Assembly (NCBI GenBank): GCA_030390025.1 | Contig: CM059432.1 | Location: forward strand, 130,326,001 to 130,390,000 | Length of the DNA: 64,000 bases | Direction of reading: 5' to 3' | Origin: Squalus acanthias | Taxonomy: Eukaryota | Shown: positions 38,340 through 49,215 of the stretch, one piece after another | How positions within the stretch are numbered: the stretch's first letter is position 1 | Layout of the letters: the number at the start of each line of letters is the position of its first letter | Program-made: the position numbers and the translations under genes | Notes under the pieces: model-generated | Told to the model about the DNA's origin: nothing | Database searches by the model: none | What the model saw: the letters and a program-made list of their open reading frames with translations, nothing else

Positions 38340-39637
38340 GGCCATCACTGACCACCCACATCCCCCTCCCCACCCTCCCCCCCAACCCTACTTCTTTTTG
38401 TGTCTGCCCCTGGAAAAAACTCTCTCCAACTCTCTTACAACTGCACTTATGAAATCCCAACTGTCCAGCCTTTGGCCCTCCATTCACCATGACATTTCTG
38501 CAGCTACCGATCTGCTCAACAACACCCTCACCACCACTTTTGATACCCTATTACAACAATTACTCTCTCTCACCCTGGCCATTCCCCCTGGTATGGCCCT
38601 CATCTTCGCTTCCTTAAGTCCAAGGGACGCAGACTTGAACGGATATGGCGGACAACTGATTTAGCCATTCACCGCCACATCTGGCTGGACCGCATAAAGC
38701 ATTATCGGGTCCTGCTCTCGTCTGTCAATATTGCTCACCATTCCAGAATCATTCTGGAATGCAAAGATAAACCCTGGCTTCTATTCTCTACTGCTAACCG
38801 TCTTCTTAAACCCCTCTCCCCTGTCTCCTCCACCCTCACCTCCGACATATGTGAGGAGCTCGTGGACTTCTTTGTCTCCAAGATTGAGACCATCCATTCA
38901 ACTGCCTCTGCCACTTCCCTTCCTTCCCCTAGCCCACTGGGCCAAACTTCCTCTAAGGTTTCCCCCCTGCCCTAGCCCTGAACTCACATCTTTCTCCAGT
39001 TTCTCTCCGATCTCCCCTCATGACCTCTCTGCATTCATCTTGTCCATGAGACCCACTTCCTGCTCCCTCAACCCCATTCCCACTAAACTGCTGACCACCC
39101 AACTTCCTTTTCTGGCTCCCATGTTAGCTGACATTGTTAACAGTTCTCTCTCCTCAGGTACTGTCCCCCTCCCGCAAATCTGCCATCATCACCCCTCTCC
39201 TCAAAAAAAACCCTTGAACCCTCCGTCCTTGCAAACTACCACCCCATCTCCAACCTCCCTTTCCTCTCCAAAGTCCTTGAACGTGTTGTCGCCTCCAAAA
39301 TCCGTAACAATCTTTCCCTCAACGCCATGTTTGAATCCCTCCAATCAGGTTTCCGCCCATGCCACAGTACCGAAACGGCTCTCATCAAAATCACAAATGA
39401 CATCCTTTGTGACTGTGACAAAGGTAAACTATCTCTCCTCATCCTTCTTGACTTGTCTGCAGCCTATGACATGGTTGACCACTCCATCCTCCTCCAACAT
39501 CACTCCATTGTCGTCCAGCTGGGTGGGCTGCACTCGCCTGGTTCCATTCTTATCTATCTAATTGTAGCCAGAGAATCACCTGCAATGGCTTCTCTTCCCG
39601 CTCCCGCATCCTGGTGTCCCCCAAGGATCAATCCTTA
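38340..39637 (+). mobile_element. L2 LINE ORF2 fragment
   Basis: QSGFRPCHSTETALIKITNDIL..LLILLDLSAAYDMVDH in ORF 39327-39638. C-rich strand typical of L2. Confidence 0.88.
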
Positions 39638-39734
39638 GCTGAGTAGAGGTTGGCCAGAGAGTGGATTTATTGTTCTGAGGCAGGGGAGGGGTCAGCTGGA
39701 TTTTGGGTTTACTGATTATTGCTGGATCCTGAAG

Positions 39735-40228
39735 GTCACAACATAATTATTGCTCAGAAAGGCCATTCAGCCCATCTTAGTTCATCCAGCCAGAATGATC
39801 CTAAAATCCCCCACCAGTACTTAAATGACTCCATGATTCTCATCTCTTTTACTCTATTCAAGAGTCCATTCCATGCACTGATCATTTTTATGTTAAGAAC
39901 CTTGAACCGGATATCAGTTCTAAATGTGCCTTTTACTAGTTTGAGCCTATGTCCCCTGGTCCTATACGCTCAATTTAGAATGAAGTAATTTGGTCCTACA
40001 CTCTCAATTTAACATGAAATAATTTTCTGGATTTACTTTCCAAAACTGTTATTAAAATATTACAGATCATCTTCCCTTTGAAGAATAAAAAGCACAAGTT
40101 TCTCTCGTCAATCCTCATACCTCTAGGGGTCAACCTCGTGGCTCTTTTCTGCACTGCCTCCAAACCTTGAATGTCTATTTTGTGGTTTGATGACCAAACA
40201 CAATAGTCAAAGTGTGGCCTGGTCAAAA
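39735..40228 (-). mobile_element. Old CR1 3' fragment
   Basis: RPHFDYCVWS..LEAVQKRATRL in ORF 39996-40226. Confidence 0.65.
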
Positions 40229-40589
40229 CCTTGAGGAAGGGGAAAATTAGTCAATGCTCTATTTCTGGACTGCTATCCACTAATACCTACCGGAAAGTGC
40301 GCATGTGGATGTCAGATGAGGACAGGCCTAGGCTTGGCTGTGGTGCTGTTCATGGCGACAACCTATTGACACTTATGACCAAGATGGGCAAGAAACCTGA
40401 GGCACACAGCAACCATGTAACAACACTCCAATAAGAGATAATGCCTACAAGAGAAGTGGGGAGAGGAGAAAATTGGCAAAAGAATTAAAATAGGAAAAAA
40501 GCTCACTATAATTACTTTTGCAAAACCCTTATGAAAAGCAGGACATCAGCATTTGTCTTTGCCATCCTGACCCACTTTCTCCAAAAAAT

Positions 40590-41282
40590 TGTATTCCCAC
40601 TCCAATTGCCGGTTTTCTGCATGCCCTGCGCATGCGCTGAAAACCGGCAATTGCTCTTCTGAAAAGGGGGCGGGGCCTGGGTGCATCGCGTGCGCGCTAC
40701 AGGCTGCGCGCACGCTGTGCACTTCATGCTTTGGACGCGCAGGTAAGTAGGGAAGATTTTGGAAATGTAAAAAGGAGGAGTAAGACCCGCTTTTAAGAAG
40801 GTAAGTAGTGAATTAAGTATTTTTTTGAATTTTTTTTTACAGGTATATCTTTTTTAGAGACTTTAAAGACAGGTAAGTTTATTTTTATAACTTTTTAAAA
40901 GATTTTAAATTTTTCAAAAATTTAATTTTTTATTTAAAATGGTTAATTTAATTAACTATACTTATTTTATTAATGTGATGGTTTTTTTTTAATTTAATTG
41001 AGGTTTAGCTGTTATTTTGGGGGGGTGTAAGATTCATAGATTTCACAGCCATGCTGTGAGACTTATGAATGGAAGATGGTGTGCTGCCATTGGCTCTAAC
41101 TGAGTCACGTGATCCCACAGCTCGCACGAATTCACTACGCCGCTGGGATACGCAAGCCCAGCACAGCTGATGTCTGGAACATCAAGTTCGTGCGAGCTGG
41201 ATCTGAAAAAGCATAAGCGAGGTGAGACATCGCGGGGAAGGCTTACCCCCGCGGGAACAGAGCGAGATCAATTTCTGGGCCA
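40590..41282. mobile_element. Non-autonomous DNA transposon related to 57074-57813 (opposite orientation; left end unclear)
   Basis: Shares hairpin TGCCGGTTTTC..GAAAACCGGCA and block CACGTGATCCCA..CTGGGATACG with 57074-57813. Ends TTCTGGGCC. Confidence 0.6.
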
Positions 41283-41567
41283 TTAGAGTTAGCAACATCT
41301 TTGAAGGAGTTGCGATTCATAATCTGATTGCTTGATATTTTGTGCCTTGTGAATGTTTTCTTTAATGCTTATACACGTAGGAACAATCATGTCACTGTCA
41401 CCTATATTCAATCAGGAGATTCAGTAATTCAGTATTTCGCATGTAGGAGTAACCATGAATTGCGGATCTGGTTTTATTGGATAATGATCGTTACGATCTA
41501 CTTAGGAATATATGCGGTACTGAGTAAAATAAACATCAAACACATGTTGAATCAGAAAACTGACTCT

Positions 41568-41752
41568 GGGCAAGAAATTCAGCTTTAGCGGGGGTACAAA
41601 GCAGGCGTCAGTGGATCAGCCGTCCGTTATATACCCCATCTGATCTTCCTTTCCTTTGAAGTCAATGGAAAAGAAAATCGGGCAAGGTGTATAAGGGACA
41701 GATGATCCGTTACCACCAGTTATCCGCCTCCGCCAAAGTTGAATTTTAACCC
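41568..41752. mobile_element. Palindromic MITE (Harbinger-like)
   Basis: Whole element is an imperfect inverted repeat centred on TTGAAGTCAA. Ends GGGCAAGAAATTCAGCTTT / AAAGTTGAATTTTAACCC. Confidence 0.65.
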
Positions 41753-41989
41753 TGTTTTAAACAGAATTATCTTCTGACCGTAATTCTAAAGAAAACATAC
41801 TTTCACTGGAAAAATGGAGTTACCCACTGTGGTATAGACAAATGATAAACCATTAGTAATTTCTTCTCTTTTTATTCAGTTATGATGGCTCAACTTTGCA
41901 GAAGGTATGATTGTTGATTGACAGCTCAGCTAATTATATTCAGGAGGTGTTTTCAGTAACCGCTAACCAAATCTCTGCTGAGACATTAT

Positions 41990-42140
41990 GTTGCGGAGAT
42001 GCCGGTGTTGGACTGGGGTGGACAAAATTGAGAGGTCGCACAACACCAGGTTATAGTCCAACAGTTTTATTTGAAATCACAAGCTTTCGGAGTTACAACT
42101 CCTTCATCGGGTGAAGTAAGGAGATACAGAATCGTCAAAG
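41990..42140 (-). mobile_element. Penelope-like pLTR fragment with hammerhead motif (42077-42114)
   Basis: Closely similar to 51-171 over ~120 bp. Minus strand UCAC-CCGAUGA-A-GGAGUU-GU-AACUCC-GAA-AGCU-U-GUGA. Confidence 0.7.
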
Positions 42141-42182
42141 CATGTAGCATGGCTCCACAGAACTCCTATTTGGTCACCTCAC

Positions 42183-42392
42183 ACCGGAGCTGAGCGGCGG
42201 ACCTGCGAGAGGCACAGAGTCAGCGAGAGGAGGATAAAAAGAGCGCGGAGAGGAGGCCTGGGACCGGAGCTGAGCGGCGGACCTGCGAGAGGCACAGAGT
42301 CAGCGAGAGGAGGATAAAAAGAGCGCGGAGAGGAGGCCTAGGACCGGAGCTGAGCGGCGGACCTGCGAGAGGCACAGAGTCAGCGAGAGGAG
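42183..42392 (+). repeat. GC-rich tandem repeat, 80-bp unit x ~2.6
   Basis: ACCGGAGCTGAGCGGCGGACCTGCGAGAGG.. starts at 42183, 42263 and 42343; units nearly identical. Confidence 0.95.
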
Positions 42393-42497
42393 AGAGAGAA
42401 GTAAAAAGTAATCGAAGTGTGACGTCACCAGAAAGATGTTAAGTGATTGGTAGGTGAGTATTTTACTCTTTCATGTTTTTTTCCAAACTTAATTTTG

Positions 42498-42921
42498 GGC
42501 TTGTATTCGCTAGAGTTTAGAAGAATGAGAGGGGATCTCATTGAAACTTATAAAATTCTAACAGGACTAGACAGACTAGATGCAGGAAGGATGTTCCCGA
42601 TGGCGGGGGAGTCCAGAACCAGGGGTCACAGTCTAAGGATAAGGGGTAAGCCATTTAGGACTGAGATGAGGAGGAATTTCTTCACCCAGAGAGTGGTAAA
42701 CCTGTGGAATTCTCTACCACACAAGGCAGTTGAGGCCAATTTATTAAATATATTCAAGAAGGAGTTAGATATATTTCTTAAGGCTAAAGGGATCAAGGGA
42801 TATGGGGAGAAAGCAGGGACAGGGTACTGAATTTGGATGATCAGCCATGATCTCATTAAATGGCGGAACAGGCTCGAGGGGCCGAATGCCTACTCCTGCT
42901 CCTATCTTCTATGTTTCTATG
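42498..42921 (+). mobile_element. CR1 3' end (subfamily A)
   Basis: GLYSLEFRRMRGDLIETYK..KAGTGY*, then 3' UTR and (TTTCTATG) tail. Near-identical to 22651-23070 (-). Confidence 0.93.
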
Positions 42922-44024
42922 GAATAGGCATTGCAAAGCAGGGGACTAAAGCCCTAAAGCTGCAGCACAGTTTTATTCCTATCTTTTCTTCCAGATCCAA
43001 ACAGGCATATTTTATCAAATGGATTCTTCTCAATGGGCAATTAAGATTGTTACTGGTGTTAAATTTGAGTAGCAATCATCCCTTTCTAAAATTCTCTTGA
43101 TGGGTCAGAATAACAATAATGAATTTTCTCATTTTGCTCAGTCTGCAAACTTACATTAGCATATCCTGACATCAAGTAATCTTCTGTTGAAAAAAATGCT
43201 TGAATGCAGCCAATGGCATCAAATGAGGGAAACCGGTTAGGTCAGATGACCTTCATGGAAAAGCAGCTATCTCTAGGCAATTTTGTATAGGTTATACCTG
43301 AATTGAGGCAAAATAATTATTTTAAAGATGCAGCTGATGCAATGCCAATTTTTAATTTGCATCACTCTGCTCATATTAAAGCATGGTGAACTCTGCTTCC
43401 ATCACAATGAGTATATCCTGAAAATCATGATCACATTGGGTTGTTGGATAGCAAATAAAACATATTTCTAACCTAACAACAAAACTATAAAGTTTAAAAG
43501 CTCCACCCAAAAACATAATCATACTACCCACTGTTTAAAAAAAAAATCATGCTACGCACTGTCTAAAAGTGGTGCAACAGCGAGCGACCAAAATTTATAT
43601 GTTCTTATGTACACAAAGTCATATCTGCCCTCCCACAAGGAAACCAGATATATAACTTTTATTCACTGCTCTTGGGATAACTCAAGAGATTTGTTGAACC
43701 TGTGCTAGATAATCAAATTGGTTGGATTATTCACTCATTGAGTTCCGAAAAAAAACTGCAGAACAACTTGCAAATATCAAAGAGATCGCAAATCTCAGAA
43801 CTTCTACCACTTTACAGACAGACACCCTAAACACAGGATAATCCATTTACAAGGCTAGACCACTTACATGCAAAGTATGAAAAAGTAATATTCTCCAGAA
43901 ACTTCTCGTTGTGTACAACACAGAAGGTAACATTCAATTTAGTTCATATATCTGTGTTATATACAGTTAACACTTACAGAATAAGTATCAGCAGTATGCT
44001 TTTTATAAAATAATTAGAGTCATA

Positions 44025-44393
44025 GGGGGAAAAATTCAGTTGGTTTGCGCCTCCCGTTAGCGCCTTAAGAGGGCGCTAATGGGGTGCAAAGCAACTAGCG
44101 CCTGGGCACGGCGATGTTTGCGCCGCTCGCGAAATTAACTAGACATTTTGCAGCGGCGCTAAGCACTACCGCCACGATCTCCTGCGCCGGCAGATCGTGA
44201 CGTCAGTCGAGTGCGCAATGCCCCGGTAGCACCCCGGAGCGGATATTGAGTGGCGCCCCCTGCCTTACCGCCTGCCGCTAGCAACGACAGGTTGAGGGGA
44301 GCGTTTAGCAGTCAGGAAGGGACTGGGGGAGCGCTATTTAAAGGCGACCACTTCCTGCCTTTTTTTGTTGGTGACATTTTTGCACCACTCATT

Positions 44394-44431
<38 letters not shown>

Positions 44432-44730
44432 GTGTGAGAGAGAGAGACTTCTGGAGAGATTCAACGCTGTGTGAAGGAGTTTTGGGTACTGAGCAGCACT
44501 TTGCAGGTTCATTTTGACTTACCCTTCCTTGTATCGATTTAGAAGAGACTGTGGGGGCTGCACTCTGAGCTCTTAAGACAGGTGTGAAGCGCCTGATTTA
44601 GCGCTCCAATCACCTCCAGGGGCGATAAAAGCCAAGTTTGCCGTCGGAGGTGATAATTAGCGCCAGGCGCTAAACTTTGCGCACGGCCAATAATGGCGCC
44701 CCAAACGGGGCAATACTGAATTTTTCCCCC
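44025..44730. mobile_element. PIF/Harbinger-type MITE with internal (GA)n
   Basis: Perfect 16-bp TIR GGGGGAAAAATTCAGT / ACTGAATTTTTCCCCC. 3-bp TSD ATA. Inserted in the CR1 tail repeat. (GA)n at ~44396-44446. Confidence 0.9.
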
Positions 44731-44887
44731 ATAAAGTCATAACGGCACAGAAGGAGGCCATTCGGCCCATCGAGATCGTGCCGGCTCTCTGCAGAGCAAT
44801 CCAGTCAGTCCCATTCCCCCGCTCTATCCCCGTAGCCCTGCAAGTTTATTTCCAAGTGCCTATCCAGTCTCCACTTGAAAACATTGA

Positions 44888-45731
44888 GGCCGCGATTTTA
44901 TTAATGGAGGCGGGTTGAGTGCGGGTCAGCTGATTTCCGGCTTCCAGTCCCGCCCCCAGCTGCATCCGCTCCACCGACGTGATTTTGCCTTGATTGACCT
45001 TGTTAAGCCCGCCCTGCGGGCTTGCCGGCCAATTAACAGGAAGCGGGTCTGATGACTTCTTTTGATGACGCGTCATCTGCCAGTTACCTTAAAGGGACCA
45101 CGCACAATTTTATTTTGACAGTTTATTTCTCAGTGTTTGACAGCATTGTGGTGCTGAAAACACTGCAAAAAGGTGACCCTTTTGCACCCAGGCTCTCCAA
45201 TGACTCACTCCATAGGCTGGAATAGATGGCAGCTGCAGGTGAGGTGACAGAAGCGATCTGTCACTGGTGAGAGAGGTTCTCCCAATGAGGTGGCACTAGA
45301 CATGGATTTAAAAACTGGTAAGCTAAAGATATCTGTAAACATTTTCTTTGCTCTGAAACTCACCATGTGCAACATTGGATCCTTCACACCACTTCTGCAG
45401 TTGTCATTATTCCACAAACATTACAACAGACTCACAACACGCCACACTTACCTGGCGTGGTGTCCGGACGTCGGGAAACCTGACCCAAAAGCGGGAAAAT
45501 CCAAAAACTGCCTGAAATCTACTGGCAAGTACCTGTTAATAGGCAGGTAAATGCCTTTAATTCGCTTCCCGCCGCTAGATATCGGGTCCATTCGCAAATC
45601 GGGGACCTGACACTTGAGAAAGCTGTTTAGAGGCGGGTTGACGGCGGATCGGAACCCACCGTCAATCAAAATGAATTTAACCTCTGACCCGCCTCCAAAC
45701 CCGCCCTCTGAGCGCCAGCAAAATCGCGGTC
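44888..45731. mobile_element. PIF/Harbinger-type MITE
   Basis: TIR GGCCGCGATTTT / AAAATCGCGGTC (11/12). Flanks TGA/TAA. Removal restores CR1 AAAACATTGAGTGTCTCCGC. Confidence 0.85.
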
Positions 45732-47803
45732 TAAGTGTCTCCGCTTCCACCGCTTCCGTTGGCAGCGAATTCCAGGTCATCACCACTCGTTGCGTAAAAA
45801 AGTTTTTCCTCACATCCCCCCTGTACCTCTTGTCCAAAACCTTAAATCTGTGTCCCCTAGTCCTTGTACCATCAACTAGTGGGAACAGCTTTTCCCCGTC
45901 AAGCCTATCCAAACCCGTCATAATCTTGTACACCTCTATCAAATCACCCCTCAACCTCCTTTGCTCTAATGAAAACAAATCCAGCTTCTCCAACCTGTCC
46001 TTGTAGCTAAGATCCCCCATCCCCGGAACCATTCTGGTAAATCTCCTCTGAACCCTCTCAAGGGCCTTCACATCCTTCCGAAAGTGTGGTGACCAGAACT
46101 GGACGCAATACTCCAGTTGTGGCCTAACCAGCGCTTTATAAAGGTTCAGCATAACATCACTACTTTTGTACTCAATACCTCTATTTATGAGGCCCAAGAT
46201 TCCATATGCTTTGTTAACCACTCTCTCAATATGTCCAGCACATTAACTCCCAGGTCCCTCTGTCCCTGCACACTCTTTAAAACTGTGCCATTAAGTGTAT
46301 ATTGCCTCTCCCTGTTCCCTCTGCCAAAATGCATCACCTCACACTTCTCTGTATTAAATTCCATCTGCCACTTTTCTGCCCATTCTGCTAGCCTTTGTGT
46401 CCTGTTGCAGTCGATTGGTATCATCATCACTGTTTACCACACCCCCAAGTTTGGTGTCATCGGCAAATTTAGAAATTAGAATTAACTAACATCTTTGCAA
46501 CATTACTTCTGTTTAAACATCAGAACCATCATAGTTGGGGGAGTAGGGTTGAGCGAGAGTGAGCAATATAATTAAATTAGTATCTTTTAAAATAATTAAC
46601 CCAAGGTACTTCAGTAATTATAGCATCTTGAGTCCTGATGAAGTCTGACACACAGGTTCATTAATAAAACAATATTTTTAAAATTTAGGAAAAATAAATG
46701 GAGAAAAAAAACAGACAATGAAGTTAACTCCTCTTTGTAATGGTTTGCTTTTTCAAGGTTTTCTGATGATAAAATTTTCACTTTAAGAAGATTACCAGTC
46801 CTCAAATTCCTTTTTGGAAAAGCTTACCCTTCATTATTTACCTAAAACTAAACTTTAATGTATGGCTAGCATAATGGTGAAATTACTCGTATTCTTTCTT
46901 TACTGCAAATTACTTAGAATTATACAGAATTTACAGGAACAAGTTATTCTGTTGTTTATGCTCCGAATGAGTCTCCTCTCAGTCTATCAACAACACATCC
47001 GTCTATTCCTTTTCCCCTCATGCACTTATCTAGCTTCCCTTTAAATGCATCTATGCTATTCGCCTCAACTACACAAATACATTTTTAAAATTAATTCCTG
47101 AATTTTGTCTTAACTGTTTAGGTATTGAAACTGGTTAAACAAAATGACAGGATGCTTTTTCACTATGAGCTGACAGCTTTAGGAGTTACATGAACATCCT
47201 ATTGCAACAAATGATGCATAAAAAGTTCAGGAAACAGGGTGTGCTTAAAATAAGTGCACTTTACAGGTCTGAACAAAACGCCAATCCGTACATTTGTCTG
47301 CATGTTTCCCAATGTATAATTAATCACATTTCAATTCTGTGTGCATTTTATGAATAAAGTCAATGTGAAGCAAATACAATTTAACAAATTACACACACAC
47401 AGTTTTAAAGAAAATAGGATGTTCAGCACAAATTCACAAGAATCAGAACTCAGTTCCATAAGAGCTTCTGCACGGTCAACCTTCTGGCTCATATGTGATG
47501 CACGAAATGGCCAACATATACAATGCAAAAATTTTGAAAAAACATCAGCTTTTTTGTACCAGAGAGATAGACCCATTTTACCACACTTAGGAAATCAGAT
47601 GAATTCCTTATAGCAGCTACCCATTTGTTATGGCGATGTACAGACTACAATATGCATCTATATAGCTGTATTTATAATGTATTAAAATTGTGTGTATAGT
47701 GCGCATTTCCTGCAGTATCACACTTACTTCCTGTCAGACTTTATTAATTGGCTCAAAGTTAAACAGCAAGAAGTCAGAACTGAAGATATAGGAAATCAAA
47801 GCA

Positions 47804-49215
47804 GTAACTTGCATTTATATAGCGCATCTGATGTAGAAAAACGTCCCAAGGTGCTTCACAGAGCCATTAGGAAAAAAATGGAAGCTAGACCGATGAAGGA
47901 GTTATCAAGAGGGGTTACCAAAAGCTTGGTTTTAAAGGAGGGTCTTACAAGAGAAGAAGGAGGTGGAGAGAATGATGGGTTTAGGAAGGGAATTCCAGAG
48001 TATGGCCTAGGCTGCTAAAGGCACAATTGCCAATGGTGGGACAAAAGGAAGTGGGGACGCACAAAAGCCAGAGTCAGAGGAAGGGAGAGTTCACAGGAGG
48101 AGGTTATAGTTCTGGAGGAGGTTACAGAGATAGAGAGGAGTGAGCCCATGGAGGGATTTACACGTGAACGTGAGAATTCGAAACTGGAGCCTTTGGGGGA
48201 CTGGGAGCCAATGTAAGTCAGTGAGGACAGGGATAATGGGCAAGTGGGGCTTGGTGCAGGATAAGATGCGGGCAGCTACTCGTTTACAGAGGGTGGCGAT
48301 TGGAAGGCTGGCCAGAAGACCATTGGAATAGTTGAGTCTGGAGGTGACAAAGGCATTAATGCGGGTTTGCAGTGGCTGAAGTAGAGGCGGTTACTGGTGA
48401 TATTATACAGATGGAAGAAAGCAGCTTTTGTGATGTAGAGTACATGGGGCCAGAAACTCAGTTTGGGGTTGAACAGGATGCCGAGGTTACAAAGAACCTG
48501 GTTCAGCCCAAGACAATGGTTGGGGAGGGGAATGGAGTCAATGGTTAAGTGTATGGAGCTTGTGGCAGGCTGAAGAGCATAGCTTTGGTTTTCTCAATGT
48601 TTAGCCAGAGAAAACTGCGGCTCATCCAAAAAGTGATAGCGGAAAAGCAGTCTGACAGCAGAGGCAGTGGAGGGGCCGAGAGGGGTGGTGAGGAGGTACA
48701 GCTGGGTGTCATCAGCATGAATGTGGAAGCTGACCGCATGTCTTCTGACGATGTCGCCAAGGGGTAGTATGTAGATGAGGAAGAGGAGGGGTCCAGGGAT
48801 AGAACCTTGGGGGATTCCCAAGGTGACAGTGCTGCATGGCAAGAAAAGCCATTGCTAGAGACTATGATCGGACAGGTAAGAGTAGATTGACGTGAGCGCA
48901 GTCCGACCAAGCTGGACAACAGAGAAAAGTTGCTCGAGGAGGAGGATGTGTCAAAGACTGCAGAGAGGTCAAGGAGGGATAATGCAACATGATCACAGAG
49001 AATGTCATTCATGACATGGGTTAGAGCCATTTCTGCATTTTGAGAGCGGTGGGACCTCATTGGAGAGATTTTCAAACTGGGAATTGTGAGACAAATGGGC
49101 ACAGATCTGGGAGACAACAAATTCAAGGACATTGGAGAGGAAAGGGAGGTTGGAGGTCGGGCGGTAATGCACAAGGACAGACGGGTCAAGAGTGGGTTGT
49201 TTGAGTGGGAAGGTG
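47804..49215 (-). mobile_element. L2 LINE 3' fragment
   Basis: [41 protein letters not shown] and NDILCD..LLDLSAVFD. Tail reverse complement AACTTGCATTTATATAGCGC. Confidence 0.88.

Larger units (their letters stand above)
44015..46477 (-). mobile_element. CR1 3' fragment (subfamily C) carrying two MITE insertions
   Basis: ORF 45448-46221 begins as CR1 RT (RPQLEYCVQFW, RRLRGDLIE). (GAGTCATA) tail at the left end. Confidence 0.9.

Noticed and set aside
42183..42392. Regular repeats resembling a CRISPR array
   Set aside because: Units are head-to-tail identical with no unique spacers, and the context is eukaryotic with no cas genes.
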